Shown here in pieces: positions 1 through 12,307 of a stretch of DNA of 64,000 bases; position 1 is the first letter of the stretch; the number at the start of each line of letters is the position of its first letter. A program made the position numbers and the translations under genes. Origin of the DNA: Lophium mytilinum (taxonomy: Eukaryota); assembly GCA_010093605.1 (NCBI GenBank), contig MU004197.1:1302001-1366000 (forward strand), given 5' to 3'. Under the pieces are notes generated by a model. That model searched no databases. It was not told where the DNA came from and saw only the letters and a list, made by a program, of their open reading frames with translations.

Positions 1-185
1 ACATTGTATGGTCACGTTCTCGCCGGCCCTTGCTTATGGTGAAGGTCTCAGAGGCCTTCCTCGTTGTGCTTTGGCCTCAGAGCTGTGCAGATGACCAACC
101 TATCATTCACTGACTTAAGGTGTAAGGGGCAGTTTTATCCACTCACTTCAGATTCACTGTCGTAGAGGGTGTGAGACCGCTTGCT

Positions 186-455
186 TTCACGCAGCGTCTA
201 CGCTGGGTCTATTTAAGGCAGTCTTTCTATGAAGGATACTTCCCTTCATCACCAGACCCAACATACCCCACACCACCATCGGCCCCCTGATCTCAAGCCT
301 TTGTCAACATCAGCTCGCGCGTTACCATTCACGTAGTGTCTACGCTGGATCTATTTAAAGTACCCTTCTCAGGCTGGACAGGCCTTCCGTTCATCAACTC
401 CGCACCCACCAGCCCCCACTCTACCCTACCACCATCTGCCCCGAACTCGAATCTA
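186..455 (+). repeat. Degenerate tandem duplication (about 142-bp offset) upstream of the first gene, each copy with a TATTTAA box
   Basis: ttcacgcagcgtctacgctgggtctatttaa at 186 versus ttcacgtagtgtctacgctggatctatttaa at 328; the downstream ttcatca...ccaccatc segments also repeat. Confidence 0.75.
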
Positions 456-522
456 AGTCAATTTATTTTGTTTCAAGAACGCCCTTCCCATTCTTAATTC
501 CTCACCCACACCGAGAGCCGAC

Positions 523-2721
523 ATGCCTTTGGCAAACAGGATTCATAAGCTCAAGCGGTATTTGGGAATGCCAATAACCCCTGAAACGGCCCCAGCTCGA
601 CAAGAGCACTCGAGGCCTCAGACTGCAGGCCCAGCTGCACCTCCAACCCGCTTTCGACGCATTTTACGAGGATGCACTTACGCTGGTGTCAAATCAACCA
701 ACCAGACGGCAATCAGCACCCCGATACCTATCGGCGTTCCTGCTTTCGTGGAACAGATCACAGCTGAGTCACTATCGCACTTTCTGATTTGGCTATTCTA
801 CTACGACATCGTCGAACTGCCAGTCTCTCCTGCGGATTGGTATAAACATCTGCCCTCCATGGAGATGCGTGGATGGATCCAACTCGGAAGTTTCTTACAG
901 ACTACTCTCCCGGCTGGATTTCAGCTGGATCGTCTCGATGAGATCATTGATGGACTTCACTTGAGGAAGAATTTCGTCATGCAATGCATCGACAAGGTTT
1001 CCAAACCGGACCTCATGCGATGGTCTGACGTCGCGACTGACATCCAGTTTGCTATGGCCAACTCGCTGCGAGAGAAGGATCGCCTGGAGCTCGTCGAAGC
1101 GTGTCTCGAAGCAATTCAGGACACAAATATGGCTCTCAAACCTCGAACTGGCTCAGTCTTTGAGGGCTGGCAAATCGATGTCACCGAGCGTGTCGCCGAT
1201 TATCTCGGTGTGGTCGTCAAACCACGACTTTCCAGAATTCAGGGTATCCGTATGTTGAGCGGCAAGTCTGAGGATGATCAGCGGTCCGTTCAATATATCT
1301 TCGAGGCTATGCAAGCTGAGCGTCCTGTGCCTCTGGTGCGCTATGGGATATTCCCAACCCACCCCCTTAGAAATCGGAATAGCTCAGAGCTATCAGTCAT
1401 CAGCCCAGAACAGGCAGCTCAGGAAGCTGACGAGGAACTGCAATATTCGATGGCGCAGCTTCGGAACCGAAATAGAGACCTTAGGGTGCATGTGGAAGTT
1501 CTGCAAGCTAAGAACGAAGAACTGTTGGCGAATCGGCCTCTTCCCCAACCTCCGTCTAGGTTTCCATCGCTCATGCCGAGCCGCAAGCCAGTCCCAGGCC
1601 ATGGCCACACGGAGCAGACTTCGAGCGGGACATCGACTTTCGGAGACGCAAGTGAACGCGCATCATCCCGTCCGTTGACTGTATTCCGTCCGTTGCCTGC
1701 ACTTCCAGCGGACAAGGTTGAGGTTCAGCAGCGTCCTAAGGCATCCCATGGTTTAATTCCTATGCCACCTCCCTTCACTAACCGGAAGCTCTCGGGAGAT
1801 GGACGTCCTCTCGTACCAGATCGCACCTCGTCAAAGCCGGCGAGCCTGCATATTTTGAACTCACACGCCCAGTCTGGTCCTAGCAATGAGACCATACTTG
1901 CCCAGCGTGTCGCATTTGATGTCAAGGGGAAGGGCAAGGCCAAAGAGATCGACATCAAAAGCAAAGGGAAGGCGAAGGAGATGGTGTTCGACCCATACCC
2001 AACCGACTCTCTATCCTCGAACAAGAAGTTCATCCCTGCACCACTCTTCTCTGGCCGCCCTGCACACCAGCGCTCGCAATCTCTCTCCGGAGCCCTAGAC
2101 ATAGCTGATCCACCAGCTCCTGGCATCACCCGTCGTCGATCCAAGTCAGCAGCCGGACTTGAGTGCCCTCATCCCTCATTGCACATGCGTACCCTCTCAC
2201 CTGCCCTCGAGGGCGACCGTAGACTCCTTCCTAGCCAGGAGCGCCTTGCTAGCGGCGACTACACGGCTGACATCGCTTCTTCAAGCGGTGGTGGAAATTA
2301 TGGTCTCACTCGCGGCGGTATCCGTGGCCGCAGCACCAGCGGCATGGGCACCCACAGCCGCGCTCCCAGCGGCGGCAGCGTCATGGACCGGCCGCGCTAT
2401 GACACGGCCTTCCTTCCCCATGCACCAACCGTGCCGGACGATCGATCAACGTCCCTCGATCGCCACGCGAGCAATGTGAGCTCTGAGGTCGACGAGCGGT
2501 CGCTTGCTGATAGCGCCCCTGACAGCAGCAATCACCTGTCAAATGCCTCGGACACTGACTTCGATCTGAAGGGCCCGCCGAAGCGTGGCGAGAAGCGTAG
2601 TGATTCTGATGACGGGACGATGAAATTTCGTCGTAACTCGGGATTGATAGGAGGAAATGTGCCATTCTTTGGCAGCCGGAATGTCAGCGGTGGACATCGC
2701 GATCTTTCGAGGCTGGGGTAG
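523..2721 (+). CDS. Hypothetical protein, 732 aa: helical N-terminal region, coiled coil, long Ser/Pro-rich disordered C-terminus
   Basis: Long uninterrupted ORF; coiled-coil-like AQLRNRNRDLRVHVEVLQAKNEEL; no family recognised. Confidence 0.75.
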   Translation: MPLANRIHKLKRYLGMPITPETAPARQEHSRPQTAGPAAPPTRFRRILRGCTYAGVKSTNQTAISTPIPIGVPAFVEQITAESLSHFLIWLFYYDIVELPVSPADWYKHLPSMEMRGWIQLGSFLQTTLPAGFQLDRLDEIIDGLHLRKNFVMQCIDKVSKPDLMRWSDVATDIQFAMANSLREKDRLELVEACLEAIQDTNMALKPRTGSVFEGWQIDVTERVADYLGVVVKPRLSRIQGIRMLSGKSEDDQRSVQYIFEAMQAERPVPLVRYGIFPTHPLRNRNSSELSVISPEQAAQEADEELQYSMAQLRNRNRDLRVHVEVLQAKNEELLANRPLPQPPSRFPSLMPSRKPVPGHGHTEQTSSGTSTFGDASERASSRPLTVFRPLPALPADKVEVQQRPKASHGLIPMPPPFTNRKLSGDGRPLVPDRTSSKPASLHILNSHAQSGPSNETILAQRVAFDVKGKGKAKEIDIKSKGKAKEMVFDPYPTDSLSSNKKFIPAPLFSGRPAHQRSQSLSGALDIADPPAPGITRRRSKSAAGLECPHPSLHMRTLSPALEGDRRLLPSQERLASGDYTADIASSSGGGNYGLTRGGIRGRSTSGMGTHSRAPSGGSVMDRPRYDTAFLPHAPTVPDDRSTSLDRHASNVSSEVDERSLADSAPDSSNHLSNASDTDFDLKGPPKRGEKRSDSDDGTMKFRRNSGLIGGNVPFFGSRNVSGGHRDLSRLG

Positions 2722-3543
2722 GTAACATAGGTCACGTTGAGAATCCGTGTGAGTCGGGGGTGGCTGGGGGTGAAAGAGCCGCCAGCGGAGTACACATGCT
2801 CCCACAATCGAGGGGTTGTTTCTTTTGTCATCTCATCTATGGGTAAATAGCGCTGGCGTTCTGAGTAGACCGAGGGCATCTTTGGCATATTGACTTGGCC
2901 GGCAGCCAGGTTTATATGCTGGCCTGGTTTAGGGGGCGTTTTTCTTATATTTATAGACGCATTTTTAATGGTGGGCCGTAAGTTGGCTCGTATGGGTTTG
3001 GGACGCGCAAAAGGGCACTACGGTACAGTGGTGTTGATCCCTTAATATCATCACACTTTCTCTATGTCAGTTTCAGGAGTCTCTGCTATGGTTTTTGATG
3101 CTCGTGAGAGGCGTCTGAAGACGTTGAGGTAGCTTGGATGTAGAAAACAAAGGAAAGCAGGCTCGTTTACGACATCTCTCTAAGCGCTATCTTCTAGAAG
3201 CAAATACACGGTTGCTAGGTGTTTGTGGTCAGTTTTCACACTTGAAGCAAATCTTCATTGCCACTCCTAAAAAAGTCAGAGATCTTGTCCTGTTGCCTGA
3301 AATTCGCTGAAGCTAGGTCCTATCCAGCGAGACAAAGTGTACAACTAAATACCAAGACCTCGTTCTTTCAACACCTACCCAGCAAGGACTAGTGTGATGA
3401 GTCATACCCAATCCTCCGCCAGTTAGTTTCCATATCCCAACCGACCATCACGCACTATACAAATATATATCAACCTCCGCATTTACTTCGGCACCTCTCA
3501 TCCCAACTTCAAGACTTGAGTCCTAACACCAAAAATCGACGAC

Positions 3544-4134
3544 ATGTCCCGCCCCCACCCCTTCCAAAGCAAGCGCCTCCTCTTCCGCGCCATCGAAGAC
3601 TCCGACGACGACTTCCTCCACTCCGTCCAATCCGACCCCTTCGCTTACGCAAACTCCTCCGCGCGCCTCCACGTCCCGGAGAGCATGGCGGCGACGAAGC
3701 GGTGGAAGAAGCACGTGATTGAGGAAAGCATACTCGCCGTCGTGATCTGCCTCTCACCACCAGAACTTCCAGGACAGTCGCCCGAACCCCCGATTCCCAT
3801 CGGCGTCATATCTCTAACCGCCTCGCCTGCCCATGTCGCCCACCACCGCAATAGCATGATCAGCGTTGACATCGTCGCGGCATACCAGGGTAAAGGCTAC
3901 GGCAGCGAGGCGATCCGGTGGGCGCTGAAATGGGGGTTTCAGACCGCGGGGTTGCATTCGATTGGGATTGAGGCGTTTGGGTTTAATGAGGGGGCGGTGC
4001 GGTTGTATGCACGGCTGGGGTTTAAGGAGGAGGGGAGGCGGAGGGAGTGTTTGTGGTATGAAGGGGAGTGGTGGGATGAGGTGCAGTTTGGGATGTTGGA
4101 TCGGGAGTGGCGGGAGATGGTGAAGTGGGAGTGA
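3544..4134 (+). CDS. GNAT N-acetyltransferase (RimJ/RimL-like)
   Basis: Acetyl-CoA-binding motif YQGKGYGSEAI, followed by NEGAVRLYARLGFKEEGRRRE. Confidence 0.9.
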   Translation: MSRPHPFQSKRLLFRAIEDSDDDFLHSVQSDPFAYANSSARLHVPESMAATKRWKKHVIEESILAVVICLSPPELPGQSPEPPIPIGVISLTASPAHVAHHRNSMISVDIVAAYQGKGYGSEAIRWALKWGFQTAGLHSIGIEAFGFNEGAVRLYARLGFKEEGRRRECLWYEGEWWDEVQFGMLDREWREMVKWE

Positions 4135-4287
4135 TGGGCTTAGCTTTGTTCGTGGCCTGTTGCTTGAGTAGTTACGCGTGTTGCATAGCGTCGTTCTGGA
4201 CTGGTCTTCACGACCTGTGTTGAGTTAGAGGAGTTATGGCGCTGCGTTGTGACGGACAAAAAGATGGATGCAAAAAGGCTTTTTGTT

Positions 4288-4330
4288 GAGAAGAAGAAAA
4301 AGAAGAAGAAAAAGAAGGAGCAAAGAAAAT
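4288..4330. repeat. Imperfect (GAA)n purine microsatellite
   Basis: gagaagaagaaaaagaagaagaaaaagaaggag. Confidence 0.7.
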
Positions 4331-4685
4331 AGTGTTGGCGAGATTATACAAAGGTAGTAATAGAGATCAAACTATTACTTATAGAATAAATCAGCTCGTT
4401 TATGGGACTTCAACTATGCGCGCTGATCAGTATACTAACACAGGAGTTTAAGGTAGATTTGAAGGCGAGAATCATGATCTTAGATGGAGCAGTTGTCGCG
4501 ATCGCGATTTAGTAGAACTTGACGCGGTGGTTCGTGCGAGGGCTGACGAGGAGAAAGCCACTTTGCCAAGCAAGAACTTTAGCCTCCCGCCTTCCACCCT
4601 GTGTAGGCATCAAAGTCTTCAATACCTTTGCCCTTTTTACTATGTTTTCATCATACGCGAAGAGTCATCCCTATACAACTGTGAC

Positions 4686-6955
4686 ATGCTGTGCGACAAA
4701 TGTATCAACATCCACTTCAAGCGGATCGAGGAGTGTGACTTGATTCGAGAAGAGCCTGATCGGCTGCTAGGGACGGACTCTGTCAACATATTCCATTGTG
4801 TGTTCTACTTCCATCACAGAAACAGACATGACCTGGAGAAATCTGCCGATCGAGGCTGCCACTTCTGTGGTATGCTTTGGGGTAGACTACTTGGAGGGGA
4901 TGGCAATGGTCTGGTGTCCAACTACCGCTTTGCTCGCGGCGAGGTGATACTGCGCCGTTCTATTGTAGAGAAGTGGATTGATGATAAGTCTGGCACTGGG
5001 CTACATGGTTGGAATATAGGTGACTGGATCTATATTCAATGCGAGGAACAAAACTTCACAACGACGAATTCCGAAACGTATTCAGGTATGTGGCAGATTG
5101 GGCCTCTGTGTGGTCGCTTCTTAACTTATTACTCACTATTCTAGGTCCTGTAGCTGTAATGCTCGAGGCTCTAACGTCTTGCAGAGACATAGAGTCCTTT
5201 GGTCCATCGACGGGGGTTGCTCCGACCCTCTTGGACGACCATGAACTTCAAAATATCAGTTCAGAGCTTATCCCCTCGCAAGACTCAAGCATTTATTCAC
5301 CCTGGCTTGACTTATCAACCGCGTCACCTGCTAGTATGGCACTCGCATCTGTTTGGCTCCGGAACTGCCTCGAAAACCACTTACCTTGCAGTAATGCTCA
5401 AGGCGAGGGTACATTACCGCGACGCATTATCGATATCAGCTCTCCCCAGCATCCCTTTCTTGATGACGGAAATAGTAGAAAGGGCTCGTATCTGACATTG
5501 AGCTATAAATGGGGGGAGAGTCACCGATACGTGACAACGACGGAGACCGAGGGTAAACACCGAAAAGAAGTACCGCTGAAGGAGCTTCCTTGGACATTTA
5601 AGGAGGCCATACACGTGGCTGATAGTCTTGGGTTCCGTTGGATCTGGATAGATGCGCTTTGCATTCTCCAAGACTCCAAGGAAGACCAGCGCCGAGAGAT
5701 AGGGCTCATGGATCAAATATTCCGTTGGTCTACCCTAACTTTATATGCGGCTGCTGGTAACAACGCAGATGCTGGAATATCAGTAAATCGAGATCCACGA
5801 TGCGTCAAACCTTGTTGCCTGCCTCTGAAAACGACACTCGACGGCAAGACGGCCTCGGGTAAAAGCTACACTATGCTCGATAGTGGTAGAGCAGATACAC
5901 CATTGTTCGACCGCGGATGGGTTTTACAAGAAGAAGTCCTCGCACCTCGAGGGCTTATATTCGGAGAGCGTGAACTAGAGTGGCGCTGTCTATGCGGAAA
6001 CTCTTCTGAAAGTCGTCCGATCTACAAGCACCGCGTGGAAAGATGGCAAGATCTAGGGAATGAACAGTACAAAAAGTGGCGGTCATACTCCTCAGGAAAG
6101 GACGGATTTGACACGCTTCGTATGTGGCTCCATGAGAAAGACCCAGTTCCGGACCGGACACCATGGCAGCGAGATAATCAATTTGATCTCTGGTACACCT
6201 TAGTGAAAGAGTATAGCCAGCGATCTCTTACATACCCTTCGGATGTCCTTCCAGCCCTTTCCGGCCTCGCGAATGCCCTGGCAAAGACGCACGGCTGCAC
6301 CTACGTGGCAGGTCTATGGAAAGAGGACCTACAAATTGGTTTGATCTGGTACGTATCAGGTCGGCGTTACTATTATCAGCCTCCATTAAAGGACCATCCC
6401 GATGATGGGAACATGACTCTTCCATCCTGGTCTTGGGCTTCACAGTGGGGAAAGGCCATCAGCTTCCGAAATTGGCAGAACAATAATACCCAGGTTGTAC
6501 CGGACGGTATGCAATTGTACAGCGGCTTTCCATACATCCGACCACTTCGAGAAGGAAGCGTTAATGCAACGAAAAGTCTGATTGTGACTGCTCGTGTCAG
6601 AACGGCAGTGGTCTACCAGACGACAAACATCGAGTATAATGATCGAGAGGACGCATGCTGGATCGCAGGCATCAAGGATCCAGTCTCCGGAGACGAGATT
6701 GGCCAGATAGCATTGGACTCTGACCCTTCCCAAGTGCCAGTACGACTAGTTTACTGTCTTCTTTGCACTGTCCGAGAGAAGTACGGCGAGTGGCACCTCA
6801 CTGGCGTTGGACTCGTCCCTACGGACGAGTCGTTTGAAGAGTTTACGAGAGTTGGCCTGGCTTTTGTGCGCAAAAAGGGATGGTTTGGCCATTTAGATAT
6901 GGGGTTTGAAAGGTCTAGGGATAGTAGGTATCTGAGAACAGTGCGAATGGTCTAA
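4686..6955 (+). CDS. HET (heterokaryon incompatibility) domain protein; exons 4686-5085 and 5145-6955
   Basis: HET motifs YLTLSYKWG, WIWIDALCILQD, RGWVLQE and DVLPALSGLA; N-terminal MLCDKC...GCHFC; GTATGT...TAG intron joins the two ORFs in frame. Confidence 0.93.
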
Positions 6956-7585
6956 GTACAGTACTACTACCACGCCTTCAGTCTCGCCAAAAGTATATCG
7001 CCTTGCTTGGGAACGAGTCTTTCTCGCGCAATACCACTGTGAGGGGTGGCCCAAATGTGAGGCGCTCAGTAAGTAAGAAGGTGTTACAAATTATAGAGCA
7101 CCAACCCTACATCACGCCTGAAGTTTGAGAGCGTATAGGGCCACCCGCCTTAAAGTCAGTGCGAATCGGACTGCTCTTCATGTTGGAGCTAGGCGAACAA
7201 GATTGAAGCCAGGCGGTGGTGAAGCCGTGTGCCCAGGCTTGTATCCCAGTGTTGATGAGGAGGACGGAAGAATCTTCGGGTCTCGCGACCAGGACACTCG
7301 CTCCGAAGATGAGTTCCGTTTCGTCAACTGCAAGCGAGATTCATCCCGACTATCACCCAATTATAGAAATTGTCCCTGCAGATCATGAGATGGGAGGTCG
7401 TGCACCCATTACTGATCACCACGATCGACAGAGGCACGTCCCGCTCCCGCGATAATGAAGAGAGCATCATCCCTGCTGTACCACGGGGCGGCAGGATAAG
7501 AGCTGAGAAACGTCCTCAAAAACCAGCCGTCCCCTTCTTCTATCGATTCTAGAAAACTTCCCACGGAATCCTGGAAACCGGACTC

Positions 7586-8478
7586 ATGATGAAGTCCTTC
7601 AGCCGCGCCATCCTCTTCCTTCTACTAGTACTTAGTAACACTGCTGAAGCCGCGTCCATCAATTCGAGTGTATGTCCTACGTTCGTAGCCAAGAATACCA
7701 CCGCAAAATCCTACCACATCGCTTTTTATGACAATGGCAACGGCCCTCCCGGAAACTCCCTTCAAAACATCACCCTCCCGGCGAACGCAACCGCCAGCAG
7801 TCCCTGGAAGATTGGCAGCCCAACTCATCATGACCAGGGCGCGCTCTTCACCCTTACGAACTGCACATCTACGACCCAGTCGAGTTGTAGCCACGGTATG
7901 TCCACCCATTCTTTCTTTCCAATGCTCGGGTATATTACAACAAGTCACGTGCTAGCGATTCCGTTCAACTATTGGTCTACTCCGAGCGAATCAGAAGGGT
8001 GAGAAGCCGTCACAACTGAGCATGACATGCCAAGTGACAGTCTTCTGCTGATGCGTGACTTATCACGCGCCGATATCCCTAACTGAGATTTGAAGTCCGT
8101 AATCAGTACTAACAGACCTCATCTACAGGCGGCTGCTACATTAACTACATCACAACCACCCAGATCACACGCTCCAAGCGTTGCCTGACGTTCTCCAATA
8201 CCGACGCCACCCAGAACGCGACATTCTCGTTCCAGCCTTGCACCGGCGCCAACAGCACTGCTCAGCTTTTCGAGCTTTCGCAGGTCGTGCGATACAGCCC
8301 GGGCTACGCGAGTGTTACGGCATATGGGGAGGTGGATGTCAACTTGATCCAACTGCAAGTCGCGACGGAGCCGTTCCGGGCGTTCTGGATAGGCGATGAA
8401 GGGAGTAGTGAGAGGAGGACGATCGAGGCTATCAATTATCCGTACACGCAGGCGGGGGTAGGGGTGAGGCTAGTCTAG
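7586..8478 (+). CDS. Secreted glycoprotein with a possible ricin-B-like subdomain; exons 7586-7895 and 8129-8478
   Basis: Signal peptide MMKSFSRAILFLLLVLSNTAEA; intron GTATGT...TACTAAC...CAG splices in frame; exon 2 encodes CLTFSNTDATQNATFSFQPCTGANSTAQLF; several N-x-S/T sites. Confidence 0.75.
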
Positions 8479-8585
8479 AGTTGACGCATAGGGTAAAGTA
8501 CAGGGGCGGTAGCATTTCAGAGAATGTGGGAAACTGAGGCATAGAGAAACGACGGATTTATCTACTTATATTGGTCTGATAATAA

Positions 8586-10779
8586 TCACGCCGGTGTCAG
8601 CGTGACCGGTGTTCTTCCTTCAACGTGAACCGAGATGTGAATGTTTCCGGAAGAGTCCGCAGTAGCTTCTTGCTTGCCATAAGTGTACTTCCGGCCCGGC
8701 TCTAATCGACTGACCCCCAAAGTGAAGTCGCCTGCGGCGGCAGACGGGTAGAGGACAAGCTCGAGGTCCTTGCTGGTGTGCGAACGAGCCTTTGCAACTA
8801 GAACTCCCGGATACGGAACCTGGGATAGGATAGGCCCAGCGAGTGCTGTTTTGGAAGGACCCTGGAACATCATTGTCAGCGACGTCGAAGTTAAAGGAAG
8901 TTGGATGCACATACCTCTCGAACCAAATTTAGCCAGTCATTGCGACGAAGCAGAGTGCCCTTTAGTCTAGCCATGTTATAAAAGAAGGAACCTAATTTCG
9001 CGCGTCTGGCACCAGTGCTCGTCGTTTCAAGACCGACGTGATCATTGATATACTTCAGCGCCGCAACTCTGACTTTCTCGTCTCCGAATTCCGCAGCGAC
9101 ATATGCGACGTGAGGGTAGATAGCGTGCTTCCCAGTCTCGTAGTTCCCGGTATCCAAGTTATCCGCTCCGCTCAGACCAACGAAACTAAGTTCCTTAGTG
9201 ACTTCGTCGTAGCGAAGACATTCGCCTTTGAAAAGCGCATACGACTGTTCAGCCAGTTGAGGAAGATAGCCGCGGGTGATGACGCCGTTGCTAAGATCAA
9301 TCAGTGCACCTGTCAGACCGGGGATCGTGAATCCAGTTATAGCGGAGCGAATGGGGAGAATGCTCCCGGACTTATCGGCGAAATTCGACATGAGCGACTC
9401 CAGGAACCGGGGCTTGATATCTTCAGCATGCTTTGTACCAAACACCCGATCGTAGACGACCTGGCCAGTCATGCCGATGAAGTTACAAGGCGTGTAGATC
9501 CAGTTTGGCTCGCAGGGGAACAGGCAGTACGGATTGCTGGTCCACTGGTCTACTAGCGCCTTGCCCATCGAATGAACGTCGTGGCGGTAGGAAATTTTAT
9601 CGGTGATCTCAAATTTTAGGCAGCCGGGCTTGGTATATTGCAGGTCTCCGGTGTTGGCGGTGTACAGCATTATAGCCTGTTGGAGGAAGCCGGTGACCAT
9701 GATGTTGTCTCGGACTACTGGATCGTAGTCGGTGGTGAATTTGCCCCAAAGGGATTCCCACTTCCAGAAACCCATGACAGGCTTCGTCAAGGACTTGGCG
9801 ATGACATTCTGGATCCCTTCGCTCAAGTAGCCGTGGAAATTCGGAGTGTATATCCCTTGGTAGGTGCTTAGATTGTAGATCATGTCGTAGAGTTGATAAC
9901 GAAGTGCGGAGGTTTGGAACTGGTCGATGTAGGTGAAGTTTAGCCAATCACTGACATCAAGTCGTGTTTGATCAATGGCATATTGGACGTCCCGGAGTTC
10001 GTCCAAAGTAAGCTCTCGCTCTGAGGCTGGCGGTGCTAGAACTGCGGTGGTTTGGATCTCATTGAGCACTGTAGGCAGATACTCGTTTCGCTTGACGCGT
10101 TTCTCCTCGCCTTCTTTCCGTTCGATCCCATTTTTGTATCTGAGATAGAAGACCAGGGCTCCAAGAAGCACCACGGAGACTCTGTCGCTATACTCGAAGA
10201 CGCTCTGGCCTGCTGCGAAGTAGGCGCCGACTACGCTGAGCGTCCAAACAAGTATTGGGAACAAAAAGCCACCGGCTCCGAACCACTGCAAGACTTAGCA
10301 AATTTTCGCGTAATTGCAACACGAGAAATGGTTATAACTAACCGCAAACATCGCTGCCGGTAATGATAACCAGGTGACAATGAAAGCGACGGCCCCCGTG
10401 ATATTGGCACACGCAATGTATCCAGCGCCGGGGAAGATTAATCCTACGGCAGCCGCTCTAAGCCCAGATGAGACGGGAACTATATTCTGATGGAATAGAG
10501 TTAGGCTGATGGCCGTAAGGGTCGCCCACTGAACCATGGTTCGATTCTGGAAACGCTTGCTTGTAACGTTGGCTCCGAGGGTTGGTGGAATGAAAGAGGG
10601 AGTTACTGGAGATGCAATATCAGAAATTCGGTCCCTCAATCCTTGATGGAATCATTTTCGGTAGACATACCATCGGCCTGAGGTGCAGCCTTGTGAGCAC
10701 TGCCATTGCTGGCTTTGGTTTTGCCGTTCATATTGTTGGTGGAGGTTGGGACGATTGTATTCTTGGCGGCAATCATCAT
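8586..10779 (-). CDS. Linalool dehydratase/isomerase (Ldi)-like protein with N-terminal transmembrane region, about 4 exons
   Basis: Motifs DQFQTSALRYQL, DPVVRDNIMVTG and FPCEPNWIYTPCN; introns 10670-10606 and 8914-8862 (plus one near 10.3 kb) join the ORFs; hydrophobic N-terminal segments. Confidence 0.8.
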
Positions 10780-11343
10780 CGCAATAGCTTTACCACACCT
10801 ACCTCTGAAGGATCAGTACATGCAAAAAGAATCTGGGTGTATGACCCACATTAAATACGGTTGTTCCAATCCTTTCAGGATCAGTGAAAGCTATGCGTGG
10901 TTTCCAATATCAACTCCAGCTGTTCACAGTAAGAAGCGGCTCGGAGGCTATCCTAGAGCGGGGAAAATAGAACCCCCGCATGAGAGCTTCCCATTCCGAG
11001 GTTACAGTCATGCTGGATGAGAGTGCAAGATAAAAGTAGGAAGTATTTGCACATCACATATTGCTGACGCGGAATGACAATGTTGGAGTGGGGTACAGGC
11101 TCAACTGACTCAGGACCTTCGATGTCATGAACGCCAGTCATTAAACTTGGCTTCAAAACTAAGACAACACTTTTTACCACGAAAGATCCAATTGGATCGC
11201 AAACCACGCACTGAATACTTCAAGGCACCCTAGTAGCTGGCTAGTCAGTAGAAAAGCAATTCAATTCACCAACCAAACAAAGCTGTATACACGCTCAAGG
11301 ATTTTCATACCTCTCCTCCATGTTTCCCGAGACTCGCAGCCAA

Positions 11344-12307
11344 TTATCTAAGCTCATCACGGCAAGTCAAGCAATTAGGGTTCGTACTCCAATTCCTATA
11401 TCCCCGAGAAGCCCAATATGCCGCACTCGCGAAGAAAGCGTAATTATCCGCATTTTGGCGCGCCCCGTTCGCGCTCTCTAACGCGTACCGAAGCGTATAT
11501 TCGTGTCCGTATGCTTGGCCGCCTTTCTTATCTCGAATATCTAGAGTCGGAACCAGTCAGCACTCTCGAACCAGTGGCTTAAGCAACGTAGCCAGGGTAC
11601 CGACATGGATCCATGATATGAAACAGCTCGTGTAGCAAAAGCTGGCCGTAGGTTACAAAATGGTCGAGGCTCTCAGGAGGCTTGTATATGGATGGGGGAG
11701 CTAGATTTATCAGAAATCGGGTAGGTTCGCGCCAGAAGATATCGCAGAGGAAGATTGTATGGGTTTGGTATATAACCTGCGCCTTGCTACGATCAAATGT
11801 TAGCAGTTTGGTGCGAGTTTCGGAGATAATGGGTCGGCGAATTTGTAAGAATGACATGACGTGTTGAATAAACGTACGTTGTGCGGGTTCCACAAACCGA
11901 CGCCGGATTGTCATCGCCGTCGCACCGAATAGTGACAGTGAATGGTAAGCCATCAAATGGATAGTTGGTGGTCACCCATAGGGTGTTGAATAGGTTCAGA
12001 ATGTCGGAGTCTCTCATGCTTGGGCTGGATGGACCACCGAACCAGGCTTTATACCATTTGTTGTTTGGCTAGGAGAAACACCGTTAGTCTTCCGATACAT
12101 TACTGTGACGATAGAAACAGATGAGTGGCTCACATCCACAGCCCCTGAAGCTGCCCTGGCATATCGCTGCACATCACCCAGTGCTAGGTCGATGAGGCGT
12201 TGGCGGCCCGAGTCGCAGGTTCCATCTATTTGGATCGCACCGGCTGAACATTGGATGACCAAATGAAAAAGCGAAAGGACAAGGAAGAACATTGGAGCGG
12301 GGCCCAT
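11344..12307 (-). CDS. Secreted M35/deuterolysin-like zinc metalloprotease, multi-exon
   Basis: Signal peptide MGPAPMFFLVLSLFHLVIQCSAG; HELFH (HExxH); last exon encodes NADNY, the Asp zinc-ligand motif; stop at 11344. Confidence 0.8.
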
